Part shown: positions 26,478 through 38,965 of the stretch, in pieces
Layout of the letters: each line of letters begins with the position of its first letter
Numbering within the stretch: the stretch's first letter is position 1
From: Octopus sinensis
Lineage: Eukaryota
NCBI RefSeq assembly: GCF_006345805.1
Contig: NC_043019.1
Coordinates: 19,715,360-19,779,359 of the forward strand
Length of the DNA: 64,000 nucleotides
Reading direction: 5' to 3'
Notes under the pieces: model-generated
Seen by the model: the letters and a program-made list of their open reading frames with translations, nothing else
Database searches by the model: none
Told to the model about the DNA's origin: nothing
Position numbers and translations under genes: made by a program

Positions 26478-27090
26478 GCGCGCGAGTGTATAATTGTAAT
26501 CTTATACATAAATGGCAATTTCTGTCTGTCGATTTATCTGTTATCTTGGTACCTACACTAGTGAACTGATCTTGACGAAATGTTGCATACATGTTAAAAT
26601 AACATCCAGTTTAATTATAGGCTAATTGGATTCAATAAAAATCTACAATGGACCCCACAGGGCGGGGCTCAGGCTATTATTTGATAAGATAAGAAGCATG
26701 CAAGAGTGTTAGTTTAAGGGAAATGTGGTAGCATAGTGAATGTGGCTGATATCAGGGAAGGGGAGAACAGCGTTGTGTAAGCGACAAATATGGAGTTGCA
26801 GTGGAATGATAACATTAATATAGCTGCATGCATACTTTCGCAAATAAAAAGATGCATGCACATACACATACACACACACAAACATGTACATACACAGGAT
26901 TAACTTTTAAGACGCCGAGAAAAGGAAAGGTGGGTGTGAGGAATGCGTAGCTTTAAAGAGAGAGGGAGTAGTTGGTTTTTCTGTTCTCCAGCGCAAAGAA
27001 ACATTCACTCACAAACACACACACACACACACACATACATACATTTTAAATTCGGGATTACCTGTGAGTACGTTTGTAAATGTGTGTGTA

Positions 27091-27133
<43 letters not shown>

Positions 27134-27945
27134 TTCCATAACTGCCTCTCTATTTTTCTAGAGTCTTCCCTGTTGATGTCACATATTGTGAAATTTTATA
27201 ATTACGTCAAAAATTTCAAATTTGGTATATTGAAATAATTTTTCACGTTGAATCCTATTTTCCTAATAATTTGTTCCAGAAAAAATGCAGAAAAATGTTA
27301 TTGAGGTTTAAAATTTAATCAATTTTATCTAATCAGAAAACAGGATATGAAAACTGATATGTCGTGCATGATAGCTGTCTATCATAAAATGAAGGCAAAA
27401 TCATTAGGATGAAGAATTTTTTATTAAACAGACGAAAGCAAAACATTACGACGACCAAAGTTGTAAGAACTTCTGAAGTGTTGATAAGTTTTACTGAATA
27501 AAGTCTTGTCAAACGTTCAAACAGACATGTAAATAATTTAAAAAGGAAAAAATTCCTCAAAGAAATTTTTTGCGAAAAATTGCACAAATCTGTCCTGATT
27601 AAAAGGCCTGTCTGTCGGAGAAGGCATAGTGTGAAAAATTCATATAAGACATTCTATTGTAAAAATTGCCCGGCAACGACGGGCTATTCAGCTAGTATAT
27701 TATACATGTATGAATTATGTTTAAAAATATAGGAATGTATGTATATGTAGGTATACATAAATATACGTGTGTGTTATGTTTATACGTCAGAATGTTAGTC
27801 TTCCTGCATGTATGCTTATATATATGTTAATTTACGGCCATAACTACACAACTGTGCCCCAGAATTTGTTTCGTAACATTCAGAAAAACGGATATATTTT
27901 AATGAAATTTTATGCAAACACGTTTTGGATGGCTTAAATGCCGAT

Positions 27946-28051
27946 TATATCGGAATTTGTTGTGAAAAACAGGGAGAACAGTTTTGGTAAATTGAAACCA
28001 TTCGACTTTGATGGCAACGAAAAAAAGGTTTTCACAACAAATTCCGATATA
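27946..28051. repeat. 23-bp perfect inverted repeat with 60-nt spacer
   Basis: TATATCGGAATTTGTTGTGAAAA (27946-27968) and TTTTCACAACAAATTCCGATATA (28029-28051). Confidence 0.85.
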
Positions 28052-28257
28052 GTTGGAATCTACACCACAATTGGAAACATATTTCTAAAAAAAATTATTT
28101 AAAAATATCTATTTTCAGGGAAGTTATGAAGAAACCAATTCGGTGGGACACTCTTGTGTAGGTATGCCCTATCTGTGTGTGTGTGTGTGTGTGTGTACGA
28201 ACTTACTTGCAAATGCATGCGTCGCAATAAATATTATAATATAATATATGATATATG

Positions 28258-28359
28258 ACTGGCCTGGTGCAGCCTTCGGGCTCCCCAGACCCCAGTTGAA
28301 CCGTCCAACCCATGCTAGCATGGAAAACGGACGCTAAATGATGATGATGATGATGATGA

Positions 28360-28362
<3 letters not shown>
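28258..28362 (+). mobile_element. RTE-type LINE 3' terminus
   Basis: ...GAACCGTCCAACCCATGCTAGCATGGAAAACGGACGCTAAA followed by (TGA)n. I recognise this as an RTE tail. Confidence 0.6.
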
Positions 28363-28451
<89 letters not shown>

Positions 28452-28453
<2 letters not shown>

Positions 28454-28744
28454 CACGTGACCGACCAGACCATCAGATGCTGCTACACACCGCTGGTCAC
28501 AATGCGCTTCGCATTGTTTTAGCCTTCAAATGACGCCACCCCGCTGACTAAGCGAGCAGGCCAAGAGAAGAAAAAGTGAGAGAAAGAGTGGTGAAAGAGT
28601 ACAGCAGGGATCACCCCCCCCCCCTGCCGGAGCCTCGTGGAGCTTTTAGGTATTTTCGCTCAATAAACACTCACAACGCCCGGTCTGGGAATCGAAACCG
28701 CGATCCTACAACCGCTGCCCTAACCACTGGGCCATTGTGCCTCC
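28452..28744 (-). mobile_element. tRNA-derived SINE family 2
   Basis: The minus strand starts GGAGGCACAATGGCCCAGTGG (A box)...GGTTTCGATTCC (B box). A second copy is at 39922-40204. Confidence 0.8.
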
Positions 28745-29308
28745 GTGTGTATATATATATATATATATACAAATACGCATATATGGGTACAGGAGGTCAC
28801 CAACGGTGTAAATAACATGAAATACATAAACAACGAGGAAAAAATGGAAAACAGGACACGTTAACACAGAAAGAACCCTTCATCAGTTGTCGGCTGTCTA
28901 TCTACTCCTCATTTCGAGCATTCAACGACAATATGAGTCTTCAAAGACAGTTGCTCCCATAAATTTTAAAATAAAATTTAGATTTATGGACGGTCAAAGA
29001 TAGAAACAAAACAATGACCGTAGAGGCATACAAGGAAACTGAACGAAAACAAACATGAAGGGTCATTAGAGCAGAACGAGCGGAAAATAGCGAATGCCGA
29101 GAGAAACATCTTTTTCTTAAAAGAGAAAATATAGAAGAGAGAAGGAGAAAAACACGTCCGTTCGTTTCAATGTCCTTATAGGAAAAGGAAAAGAAAGATG
29201 TTCACGTGAAGAAAAGGAAGATGGACGATGGTCACGTGTGAGCAACGACAGAAATAGAAAACGGTGAAGCAGGGATGGGGAGAAAAAGGGAATAGAAGCC
29301 CGTCGTGT

Positions 29309-29352
<44 letters not shown>

Positions 29353-29354
<2 letters not shown>

Positions 29355-30636
29355 TATTTTTCCACTGTTTATATATATATTTTTTACTGTTTATATGTTT
29401 GTACTGTCGTTACCGTCTTGCTTTTTTTTACCCCTCTGCGAAAAGATCTCAGAATTTTAATTGATTTGCTTTTCGCGGGAAGGAAGTTTTCTTCGAAGTA
29501 TACGTCTCGCTTTTATCCTTCGAAACGTTTAGTAGATGAAACCTTAGCGACTGAAGAAGGGGATTTTTCGTTGTGCTTATTGTCCTGTATCTCTCTCTTT
29601 TTTTTTTTTTTGCTTGTCTTGTTCCTTGGTTTGTGTCTATGTGTTTCGTCTCTCTATGTGTTCGACGTCTTTTTGGTGTCCTGTACACATATATGCGTGT
29701 ATATGTACATGTAGAGGTAGGTACGTACATATATGTTTATATATATGCATATGTTCTATTTTATTAACATATTATACGACTAAACGCACGCACCCTATTA
29801 AGTAAGATTGTTCTGTTTATCAAGTTAGCCTTGATATTAACTCTCACGCGACTCTGCATCTTTCTTTCTTTTTCTCCCATTCCCTTTTTCGTCTTTTTTT
29901 CCCTCACTTAACTTGTCTCTTCCTCTCTCTCTCATTCTTCATTCTCTCTCTCCCTTTCACCATTCTTCTTGGTCTCCTTGCACCATTCCCCTTCTTCTCT
30001 CTCTTCCTCTTGCTCCTCCTCCCCCATTCCCGTCGTCCATCTGCGACGATACTTCCGTCGTAACTGCTATCCTGTCTTTTCTCGCCCGCCTCCTAAGGCT
30101 ACTGGTCGACACATTTTCTCTCTCTCTCGTCGTCCACGATAATCCAGCGTTTGCAATACTTTTTTCGTCTGGCGTTAACAGCCCTTCTTATCTTGTTCTC
30201 CTTGTCCTGTCTCTCACTGTTATATATTTATTTTTCCACTGTTTATATATATATTTTTTACTGTTTATATGTTTGTACTGTCGTTACCGTCTTGCTTTTT
30301 TTTTTACCCCTCTGCGAAAAGATCTCAGAATTTTAATTGATTTGCTTTTCGCGGGAAGGAAGTTTTCTTCGAAGTATACGTCTCGCTTTTATCCTTCGAA
30401 ACGTTTAGTAGATGAAACCTTAGCGACTGAAGAAGGGGATTTTTCGTTGTGCTTATTGTCCTGTATCTCTCTCTTTTTTTTTGCTTGTCTTGTTCCTTGG
30501 TTTGTGTCTATGTGTTTCGTCTCTCTATGTGTTCGACGTCTTTTTGGTGTCCTGTACACATATATGCGTGTATATGTACATGTAGAGGTAGGTACGTACA
30601 TATATGTTTATATATATGCATATGTTCTATTTTATT

Positions 30637-30643
<7 letters not shown>
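29353..30643 (+). mobile_element. Small element: two ~420-bp direct repeats around a ~455-bp pyrimidine-rich core
   Basis: 29353-29772 and 30228-30643 are near identical, with (TA)n on both outer sides and no coding capacity. The duplication is certain; mobility is inferred. Confidence 0.6.
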
Positions 30644-30693
<50 letters not shown>

Positions 30694-31184
30694 GAGTGAG
30701 TGGACAAACGAAAGAAGGCACTCAGCACGTTTATTGAGAGTTATATGTATGGATCAAAACAGTTTGATTGAAATTCGTTTGTAGTCCGAGAGTTTCAATG
30801 CTAATCTTCAGCCATTTTGAATTTGAATGAAAGAAGTTGATTGTTATTAACGTAAGGTTGTCTGGGATTGGTCGAGGAAGGTCACGTGATGTCGTGGTTT
30901 GATGCTGGTATAACCGTATATCAGTGACGACTGTTACTTGGAAAACACCGCATGGTGAACAGGAAGTCTACCACGTGGTGGACTGGAAATCGGTCTGGTT
31001 GTTGGAGGTTGGAGGTTGTGGATGCGCTAATTTTGCATGCATGTCTGTATTGATGCTAGTGTACGCATCTGTACATGGGCGCGCACGTTCTCCCACACAT
31101 ACATACATTTATGAGTTAATCCTGCTTAGACAACATCGCACGCACCAACAGACGTAAAAATGCATTCAACTACCCCCAACCCCA

Positions 31185-31325
31185 ACCTGCAACTTCCGAA
31201 ACCCCACCATGTGCCTTCCAGAAGGACCCTGCCTCCCAAGGGCTGTAGTATACAGAGCCACCCTTACACCATCCGACAGCAATACTAGGCACTATACGGG
31301 TATGACAGCTAATGACTCAAACATT
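31185..31325 (+). pseudogene. Third PLE GIY-YIG fragment
   Basis: CNFRNPTMCLPEGPCLPRAVVYRATLTPSDSNTRHYTGMTAND has the Cys spacing and VVY...YxG pattern of the other two PLE endonucleases. Confidence 0.7.
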
Positions 31326-31329
31326 ACTC

Positions 31330-32050
31330 GGAGAGCTGTTCCATCTGGTAAATTTATTAAGTCGGGTATAATTTCGAGCTACACCATGTCAATTTCTGGT
31401 GGGACCTTCCCAATTTTTATTTTGGACGTGCGTTTACCCATATAAGTGGTCAGTAGCACCAGTTCATTGGTTTTCAAAGGTACTGTGGAGTGTTCCTTTG
31501 CTTCTTCTTCGGAAGCAAATTTTTCCTCCACAGTGCCGTATTTTTATCTCTTGCTACGTATTTGGTACCCCACCCGTCATATGGGCTGGAGACATTTTTC
31601 TATTGTTTCCTTTGGTATATGTTCAACTTTTTCATTTTTAGTGAAAGAGTTTTAAATATTTTCGTAGCTGTTTGTTGCATGATATCACCGGGTGGGGTTA
31701 AGTTTACATTATTCTCCTCACGCTTTACTAAGCGTTTATATTTTACTAGGTCAGCTTGGATAACTTTTAGGTTTTCCTAGTTTATAGTTGCAACCGACGC
31801 GAAACCACGTCGGTTTGGTTTGCTTAATTCATTTTCTTTGTCAGTTAATTCTTTTTCATTGTTGCACATTGGGGGGTCCTTTGTAGGATTTGTCGTATAT
31901 TTCTGGGATTGTTTTCTGGATTCACCTCCTTCCGATCGCAACAGGGAAATGCTAGGAACATTTTTTGGTACATCTCGTTGAGTTTGTTGATATTGGGGGT
32001 GCTGTCTGTGTTTTGTCTGGAAGCCATAATTTCAAAAATGCGTAGATAAA
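31330..32050 (-). pseudogene. Probable non-LTR retrotransposon ORF1 (gag-like) remnant
   Basis: The minus strand reads VEEKFASEEEAKEHSTVPLKTNELVLLTTYMGKRTSKIKIGKVPPEID amid stops. Resemblance from memory only. Confidence 0.35.
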
Positions 32051-32169
32051 TTACACAAGAAAAAGTTGCAATGAAAAAGTTCAATTCACCCCTTAAAGGG
32101 GGAATTTCTAGACTCGATACTTTCCCTGCTAAGCAGGTTCAGAATCGATAACACTCAAAATTCATAAGA

Positions 32170-32174
32170 TGATG

Positions 32175-32237
<63 letters not shown>

Positions 32238-32240
32238 GTA
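32170..32240. repeat. (TAA)n microsatellite
   Basis: Directly visible. Confidence 0.95.
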
Positions 32241-32399
32241 GCCGAAAGCCATAGAAACACTAATATGACCCAGTTTAACAATGGGGAAAATAACTCTCGA
32301 AGACTGGAATATCTACAATATCCTGTGAGTATTTAAAATTCTCTTCAAAATAAGTTAAGAAATTTACAAATTTACATATCTACAGTTTTCAAACATATA

Positions 32400-32800
32400 G
32401 GCGCAGGAGTGGCTGTGTGGCAAGTAGCTTGCTAACCAACCACATGGTTCTGGGTTCAGTCTCACTGCGTGGCATCTTGGGCAAGTGTCTTCTGCTACAG
32501 CCCCGGGCCGACCAATGCCTTGTGAGTGGATTTGGTAGACGGAAACTGAAAGAAGCCCGTCGTATATATGTATATGTGTGTTTGTGTGTCTGTGTTTGTC
32601 CCCCCCAAATCGCTTGACAACCGATGCTGGTGTGTTTACGTCCCCGTCACTTAGCGGTTCGGCAAAAGAGACCGATAGAATAAGTACTGGGCTTACAAAG
32701 AATAAGTCCCGGGGTCGATTTGCTCGACTAAAGGCGGTGCTCCAGCATGGCCGCAGTCAAATGACTGAAACAAGTAAAAGAGTAAAAGAGTAAGAGAGTA
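32400..32800 (+). mobile_element. Full-length tRNA-derived SINE family 1
   Basis: Head GGCGCAGGAGTGGCTGTGTGG...GGGTTCAGTCTC, central GTAGACGGAAACTGAAAGAAGCCCGTCG, tail CCAGCATGGCCGCAGTCAAATGACTGAAACAAGTAAAAGAG. A second full copy is at 59329-59727. Confidence 0.85.
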
Positions 32801-33351
32801 ATACAATCGATCAGCTTTAAAAACTTTAATACCCACAATTGCCTCTGTAAACATCCCCTTTTTTTTCTTCTTTCTGAAAACATCACGGTTTTCTTTGTGA
32901 GGACTTACAAATGACTATCTTTGGTGAACCTTAAAACTTTCTATGAAAATCTGACTTTTCTTTGATTCCTCCCTGAATATTCAAATATAAATGTAAATAT
33001 ATACTTTTTATAGCAAAAACACACCTGTTCTTCTAACTGGACATACAAACATCTCTAGAAAAGTCAACTTCAATCTCTACAATATGACCTTACCCGAAAT
33101 ATGCAAACACTTTTTATTGCAATAACACAAACGCACATGGAAAAAAATAATGATACTAATAATAGATTCTCTCTGGTCGAACACAACTTCTCTATTCACA
33201 AATAACACAGAACAGAGTAAGTCGGCCCTTCCTAAATTTTTCTTAAGGTTAAGGTCACTGTTCGCTGCTAGTAGTAGACATTTGAACTTTTTTTGACCGA
33301 TAGGACCCCATCCCACCTAAAAAAATTTTTTTTTTAATTACATGAGCCACA

Positions 33352-33568
33352 CTTACTACTACTACTGCTACTGGTGCTGCTGCTGCTGTAGCTACTACTG
33401 CTGCTGCTGCAACTACGGCCACTACTACTGCTGCTGCTGCTACTGCTGCTGCTACCACTGCTGCTGCTGTCACTACTACTACTATTGCTACCTCTGCTGC
33501 TGTTGCTGCTACCAATACTACTGCTGTTACTGCTACTACTACTATTGCTACTATTGCTGCTGCTGCTA
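33352..33568. repeat. Mixed (CTA)n/(CTG)n trinucleotide repeat
   Basis: Directly visible; it explains the poly-Cys/Tyr and poly-Ala/Val ORFs. Confidence 0.95.
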
Positions 33569-33689
33569 ATGATGATAAATGAGTGGTTAAATCTTTTATT
33601 TATTTATTTATTTATTTTTACTGAAAACTTAATAATAATTTAACTTTACTTGAAAAGAAAATTTCAAACAGTCCACCGAATCGCTTGTC

Positions 33690-36600
33690 CAATGGTTATA
33701 CAGGAAGCGCGCCCATCAGGAGGCCGCCAGCCCGATGGCGAAAAATTTTCAAATGACAGAATATCTTCCCCGAATACGAACCTAGAAGGTCACTTAAACG
33801 GGATTTGTCCCAAAGTAAAGCCCCCAAAGTTCACCACCACAACGACCACAAAATCAATAATGTAAAAGAACTAAATAGAACCGGGAAGAATATAAATAAG
33901 TAATATACGCTTATTACTTTGCATTAAGTAGGCCAACCCAAGAAAAACACACCGCAAACTCCTACAGAATTTGGAGGAATCCAGCTAGCAGACCAAACCT
34001 GGATGAAAACAGATTAGCAAATGTTAGAAGAGATATCTTCAGAAATACCAGACTCACAGATGCAGAATTAACCTCTATTAAAAAAGTGGTAGAGAATGAC
34101 CTAAATGTAAGTCAGGAAAGAAATAACGAAGCTGAGGAGAGGAATGTTGGGCCACAAGCATTGACTAAAAGGCGCCCATCTGCCGAAACGACTCAAGATC
34201 CTGAAGAAGGAAAATATAATGACCCTAGAAAAAACAGCCCTGAAAATGATGTCGAAACAGAATTTGAAGACCTCATGTTTGTTGAACAACACAGAAAATC
34301 TATCATTGAAATGAAGCAAGAAGTTCTGAATGAGCTTGCAGTTGTAGGCCATACACCTATGAATGATAGGGAACCACACCATAAACTCTCAAATGCACAT
34401 CAACATAAAACAAATAAAAATTGGCAACTGCGTTACACAGGAAATCATACACCAACTAAAACCCGATCTTAATAAATTAAATGAAATTATTTACTCTGTC
34501 GCTAAGGTAATCGAAAGACGCTGTTTAACACCCTAAAAGCCAACAATACCAAATTCGAAAAGAAAATCAAACTGGAGGAGTAGAATTGAAACTGAAATTG
34601 AATCATTGCGAAGGGAGATATCAATATTAACTGAGCTAATCTCTGGAAATGATGTAAGATCAAGAAAAGGCAGGAAGATTGTGAGAAAATATGGACGCTC
34701 AACAAGAGAAGAACTAATGTCAGCGAAAGAAACACTTAAATAAAGAGTTCCAGCAAAAGCTCAGAGAATACGCAGATTTGAGAAAAGAATCAAATACTAT
34801 AAGCAAAATAAGATGTTCAAATCCAATGCCAAATCATTTTACAGGGAAATAGGGAAAGAAAAAATAACCATTGAAAATCCACCCCTAATGGAAGAAGTTG
34901 AAAACTTTTAGAAGGGGATCTGGAGTGATGAGAAACCATACAATGAAAATGCAGAGTGGATCAAACGCACCCAAGACGACTACAAAAATCTACAAGAACA
35001 GGTATGGGAAGACATCCCAATCGCCGACCTAAGGAGGGCACTAACGGAGGCTCATAAGTGGAAATCCCCTGGTATTGATAGAGTACCAAACTTCTCTCAT
35101 CACTCTCGTCCACACACAAAATGTTAGTAATACTATTTAATAGTATTATGAAAGACCCGGAAAAAACACCCCATTGGATGGCAAATGGTATTACTTACCT
35201 CCTCCCCCAAAATAACAAAACCAAAGACCCAAAATACTACCGGCCTATAACATGTTTGTCAACTACCTATAAGATTTTGACATATATTCTAGTGGAGAAA
35301 ACATATACGTTTATGGAAGAGAATAACCACGGAACAAAAAGGATGCAGACGAGGCTCATACGGATGCAAAGATCAGCTTCTAATTAATCGCATGATCCTT
35401 GAGAACTGCCATAACAAGCGCAGAAATCTCAGCTCTTCATGGATTGATTATAAAAAAGCCTTTGACAGCATACCACATTCGTGGATTCTGAAATCGCTGG
35501 ACATTTTCAAAATTTCTCCTGTGAAGAGAACAGGATATGGCTACAAAATTGACAACAGGAAAATAAGCCATCTATTTTATATGGATGGTTTAAAACTATA
35601 CGGCAAAGATGATGAAGAAATTGAAGGACTACTACATACTGTGAAAGGATTCAGTGATGATATTGGGATGGAGTTTGGCCTTGAGAAGTGTGCGAAAGCC
35701 ACTTTTAAGAAAGGGAAATTGGTAAAGTCAAGTTCAATCGAATTAGATGTCAAAACAGTAATAAAGGAACTTGAGCAGGAACAAACCTATAAATACCTAG
35801 GAATAAATGAAGGCTCTGGTATCCAGCATGCAAGCATGAAAGAGAAGGTTAGGAAAGAATGTTATAGAAGAGTTCGAGCAGTCCTGAAGTCTGAGCTGAA
35901 TGCATATAATAAGGTTTTAGCCATAAATTCCTTAGCAGTACCAGTTGTTCTTTATAGATTCAATGTGCTGAACTGGAATACCAGTGAAATAATGAAAATT
36001 GACAGAAAAATCCGCAAGCTACTGACTTGTAATAAGATGCACCATCCAAAGGCAGACATGGATCATCTTTACCTTCCCAGAGCTCAGGGAGGTCGAGGTT
36101 TGATCCAGCTTGAACTTACATACAAAACCACCACAATCGGACTGGCCAAATACCTTGAAACAACCAACGATTGGATGCTAAAACTTGTTGAAAAACATGA
36201 AAGACTGAAAAGACTTCACTCTATTCTCAAAGAGAGCAAAGAATTCGCTGCTGATCTCTTAGATACCCACCAGATTGATCAGGCTGAAGGAAATACGCCA
36301 ATTGCAGCTGCAAAGAAAATAAAATTAATTGCAAAGACAAAAGCACATGAAAATTTAGCTAGCAGATAGGAACAGAAACCTCTCCATGGCAAATATGTGG
36401 CCCGTAGCAAACAAGCTGATGTCGACCAGAAACACACGCACCAATGGTTACGAAGCTCAAGGCTAAAACCAGAGAGTGAAGGTTTCATATTAGCTGCTCA
36501 AGACCAAAGCTTATTAACCCGGAACTACCAAGCCAATGTAATAAAAAATGGAGCCGAAATGCCGATTCTGTAACGATGAGATTGAAACAATAGACCACTT

Positions 36601-37287
36601 AATCTCAGGGTGTAGAGTCTTAGCACCTGCAGAATATAAAGCAAGACATGACAGAGTTGACCAGTATTTACACTGGACAATATGTCGGCATTATAAAATC
36701 AAAACCGCTGACAAATGGTATAAATATCATCCTGAGGGAGAAAATGTGTCGATTCTATGGGACTTCCCCGTGCAGACCGACAGGACTATAAAAGCTAATA
36801 AACCGGATATTATTATAAAAGATCAGGCAAAAAGGATGTGTTTATTAATTGACATGAGTATTCCTTGCGATCACAATATATAGCGGCGAAAGAATTTGAC
36901 AAGATCAGTAAATATAAAGATCTGCTAATAGAAATTGAAAAAATGTGGCATCTCAAGGCGACTACAGTACCAGTGATTGTAGGATCTCTAGGAATGATAA
37001 AAAAAAAGGTACTGAAACCTATTTGAAAATGATACCAGGCTTACCATCCCTACAGGAAGTGCAAAAAATCGTATTAACTGGAACGGCTCATGTACTGAGA
37101 AGAGCATTATCACTGTTAAAACAACATCCATCCATGAATTTATTTATTTATTAATTTTTAAATACATATTTTATCTGTGAATTTGTGCGTGTAATCTGGG
37201 AATGCATACAATGCCCTTCTCTACCCTAGGTGTATGGAAAACACTCGGCGAGAAATGGAAGAAAATTTGAAGAAAGAAGGAAAAAAC

Positions 37288-37290
<3 letters not shown>
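33690..37290 (+). mobile_element. R4/Dong-clade non-LTR retrotransposon (RT + CCHC + restriction-like endonuclease), degraded
   Basis: Motifs YRPITCL, GCKDQL, IDYKKAFDSIPH, HLFYMD.LKLY, YKYLG, CRFC..ETIDHLISGC, RHDRV, KPDIII..LID..P and KY.DL are present. The N-terminal LDENRLANVRR motif lies near 34000. It ends at (TAA)n 37289-37347. Several stops and frameshifts. Confidence 0.88.
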
Positions 37291-37346
<56 letters not shown>

Positions 37347-37699
37347 CCATAATGATTTTACCAGGTAGCTAGTGCGGGTTCAGCTTACTGCCTCTCCACG
37401 CACTACTAGAAAATAGGCGTTAATGCCTTATGTTACTACCTTAAAATCTCCGAGAACAACGTACTTTATTTGTAGGTAAATAATGAATCAAACTTGGTTA
37501 GATAACTGCAGGCGCGTTTTGAACTTAAAGTAAATTAATTTTACTTACTGTTTCTCTTCAGTACAGTATTCCATAATGCATAAATTCGCGAGTATTTCAA
37601 AAATATGCACATGATCAAGCGACATCATGTGTCCGACATTCATTCATACTCGCAAAAGTATACTGCCGCGTTTACTTCATATGTCACTTTTATACCCAC

Positions 37700-38567
37700 G
37701 ATGTGTTAAGATGGGCCATGACTGTTAAGGACATGCGTAAGCTTGCAGTGAATGAAGCTAGTATGCTGCGATGAATGAGTAACGTCAGTGTGCATACACG
37801 ACAGAGTGTAAGCATCCTGAGAGAAAAGTTGGACATAAGAAGCGTCAGATGTGGTGTGCAAGAGAGACGACTGCGCTGGTATGGTCTTGTGTTGCGTATG
37901 GATGAGGGCAGCTGGGTGGAAAAGTGTCACACCCTAGCAGTAGAGGGAGCCTGTGGGAAAGGTAAACCCAAGAAGACCTGGGATGAGGTGGTGAAGCATG
38001 ACCTTCGAACGTTGAACCTCGCCGAGGCGATGACTAGTGATCGAGACCTTTGGAGATATGCTGTACTTGAGAAAACCCGGCAAGCGAAGTGAGACCGTAA
38101 CCCTGGCCTATGCCAGTGCAGCATACCCAGCCCATTTAAGAGCACCCTTCAATCATTGGGCAAGAGACTGCATTTGCGAAAACCTGTTGAGGCAAGTGAA
38201 GTCGTTGTCGTGGCTAATGACAGTACCTATTTCTTTATTACCCACAAGGGGACAAACAAGGACAGACATAGGTATTAAGTCGATTACATCGACCCCAGTG
38301 CGTGACTGGTACTTAATTTATCGACCCCGAAAGGATGAAAGGCAAAGTCCACCTCGGCGGAATTTGAACTCACAACGTAACGACAGACGAAATACGGCTA
38401 CGCATTTCGCCCGGCGTGCTAACGATTCTGCCAGCTCGCCGACCGCCTGATTGGCTCCTGTGCCGGTGGCACGTAAAAAGCAACATTCAAGCGTAGTCGT
38501 TGCCTGTGCCGCCTGACTGCCCCCCACCCCACCCCGCAGGTGGCACGTAAAAAGCACCCACTACACA
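37700..38567 (+). mobile_element. RTE LINE 3' fragment with 3' UTR, interrupted by a SINE
   Basis: ORF 37775..38092 reads LREKL...QERRLRWYG.V.RM...GKPKKTW.EVV..DL. The duplicated UTR motif GGTGGCACGTAAAAAGCA occurs at ~38466 and ~38539. Confidence 0.85.
38226..38424 (-). mobile_element. tRNA-derived SINE family 3 (Meta-domain-like core)
   Basis: Minus strand GGCGAGCTGGCAGAATCG...GAGTTCAAATTCCGCCGAGGTGGACTTTGCCTTTCATCCTTTCGGGGTCGATAAATTAAGTACCAG. Degenerate copies are at ~57130-57200 and ~57820-57950. The domain name is tentative. Confidence 0.75.
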
Positions 38568-38965
38568 AACTGCGTGATCTCGGCATAGTTGGAAAACTTG
38601 GAGAGTGGTTACATGACTTTCTGAAAGATAGAAGTCAGGCAGTAGTGGCCAATGGATCCACCTCAATGAAAACACAAATAGTGAGCGGTGTTCAACAGGG
38701 TACTGTCTTGGGACCACTGCTTTTCATAGTGGCCCTCTCAGATATACCCTCAACTGCCCGGATAGCCACCCTTGCTATAGCTACGCAGACGATACGAAAG
38801 TCTCACAGAAAATACAGAACCACAGCGATGTTGCATATTTGCAGCGCGAGTTGGACTCAATTTACAAATGGGCTGAGGATAATAATATGCAGTTTAATGC
38901 TGAAAAATTCCAAGCCCTGCGGTACCGGCGTCCAAAACTGAATATGAAGCTTACAGAATACAGTA
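38568..38965 (+). mobile_element. CR1-like LINE RT fragment
   Basis: KLRDLGIVGKLGEWLHDFL..SGVQQGTVLGPLLF and NNMQFNAEKFQAL. Confidence 0.85.

Noticed and set aside
27340-27695. Possible piggyBac C-terminal cysteine-rich remnant (VCRRR...TFYCKNCP)
   Set aside because: Only a partial Cys pattern is visible amid stops, and no DDD core or TTAA ends were found.
29500-29570. CGAAACGTT followed by CTGAAGAAGGGG as a type II hammerhead (also 30385-30445 and minus 28875-28925)
   Set aside because: Stem I cannot be paired in any register I tried, and stem II is weak.
29913-30638. 241-aa hydrophobic ORF resembling a membrane protein
   Set aside because: It starts at TTG, arises from pyrimidine-rich low complexity, and runs through a duplicated non-coding repeat.
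32400-32470. tRNA genes at SINE heads (also 28744, 38424, 40204, 59329)
   Set aside because: A/B-box-like motifs are present, but there is no cloverleaf and each continues into a SINE body.
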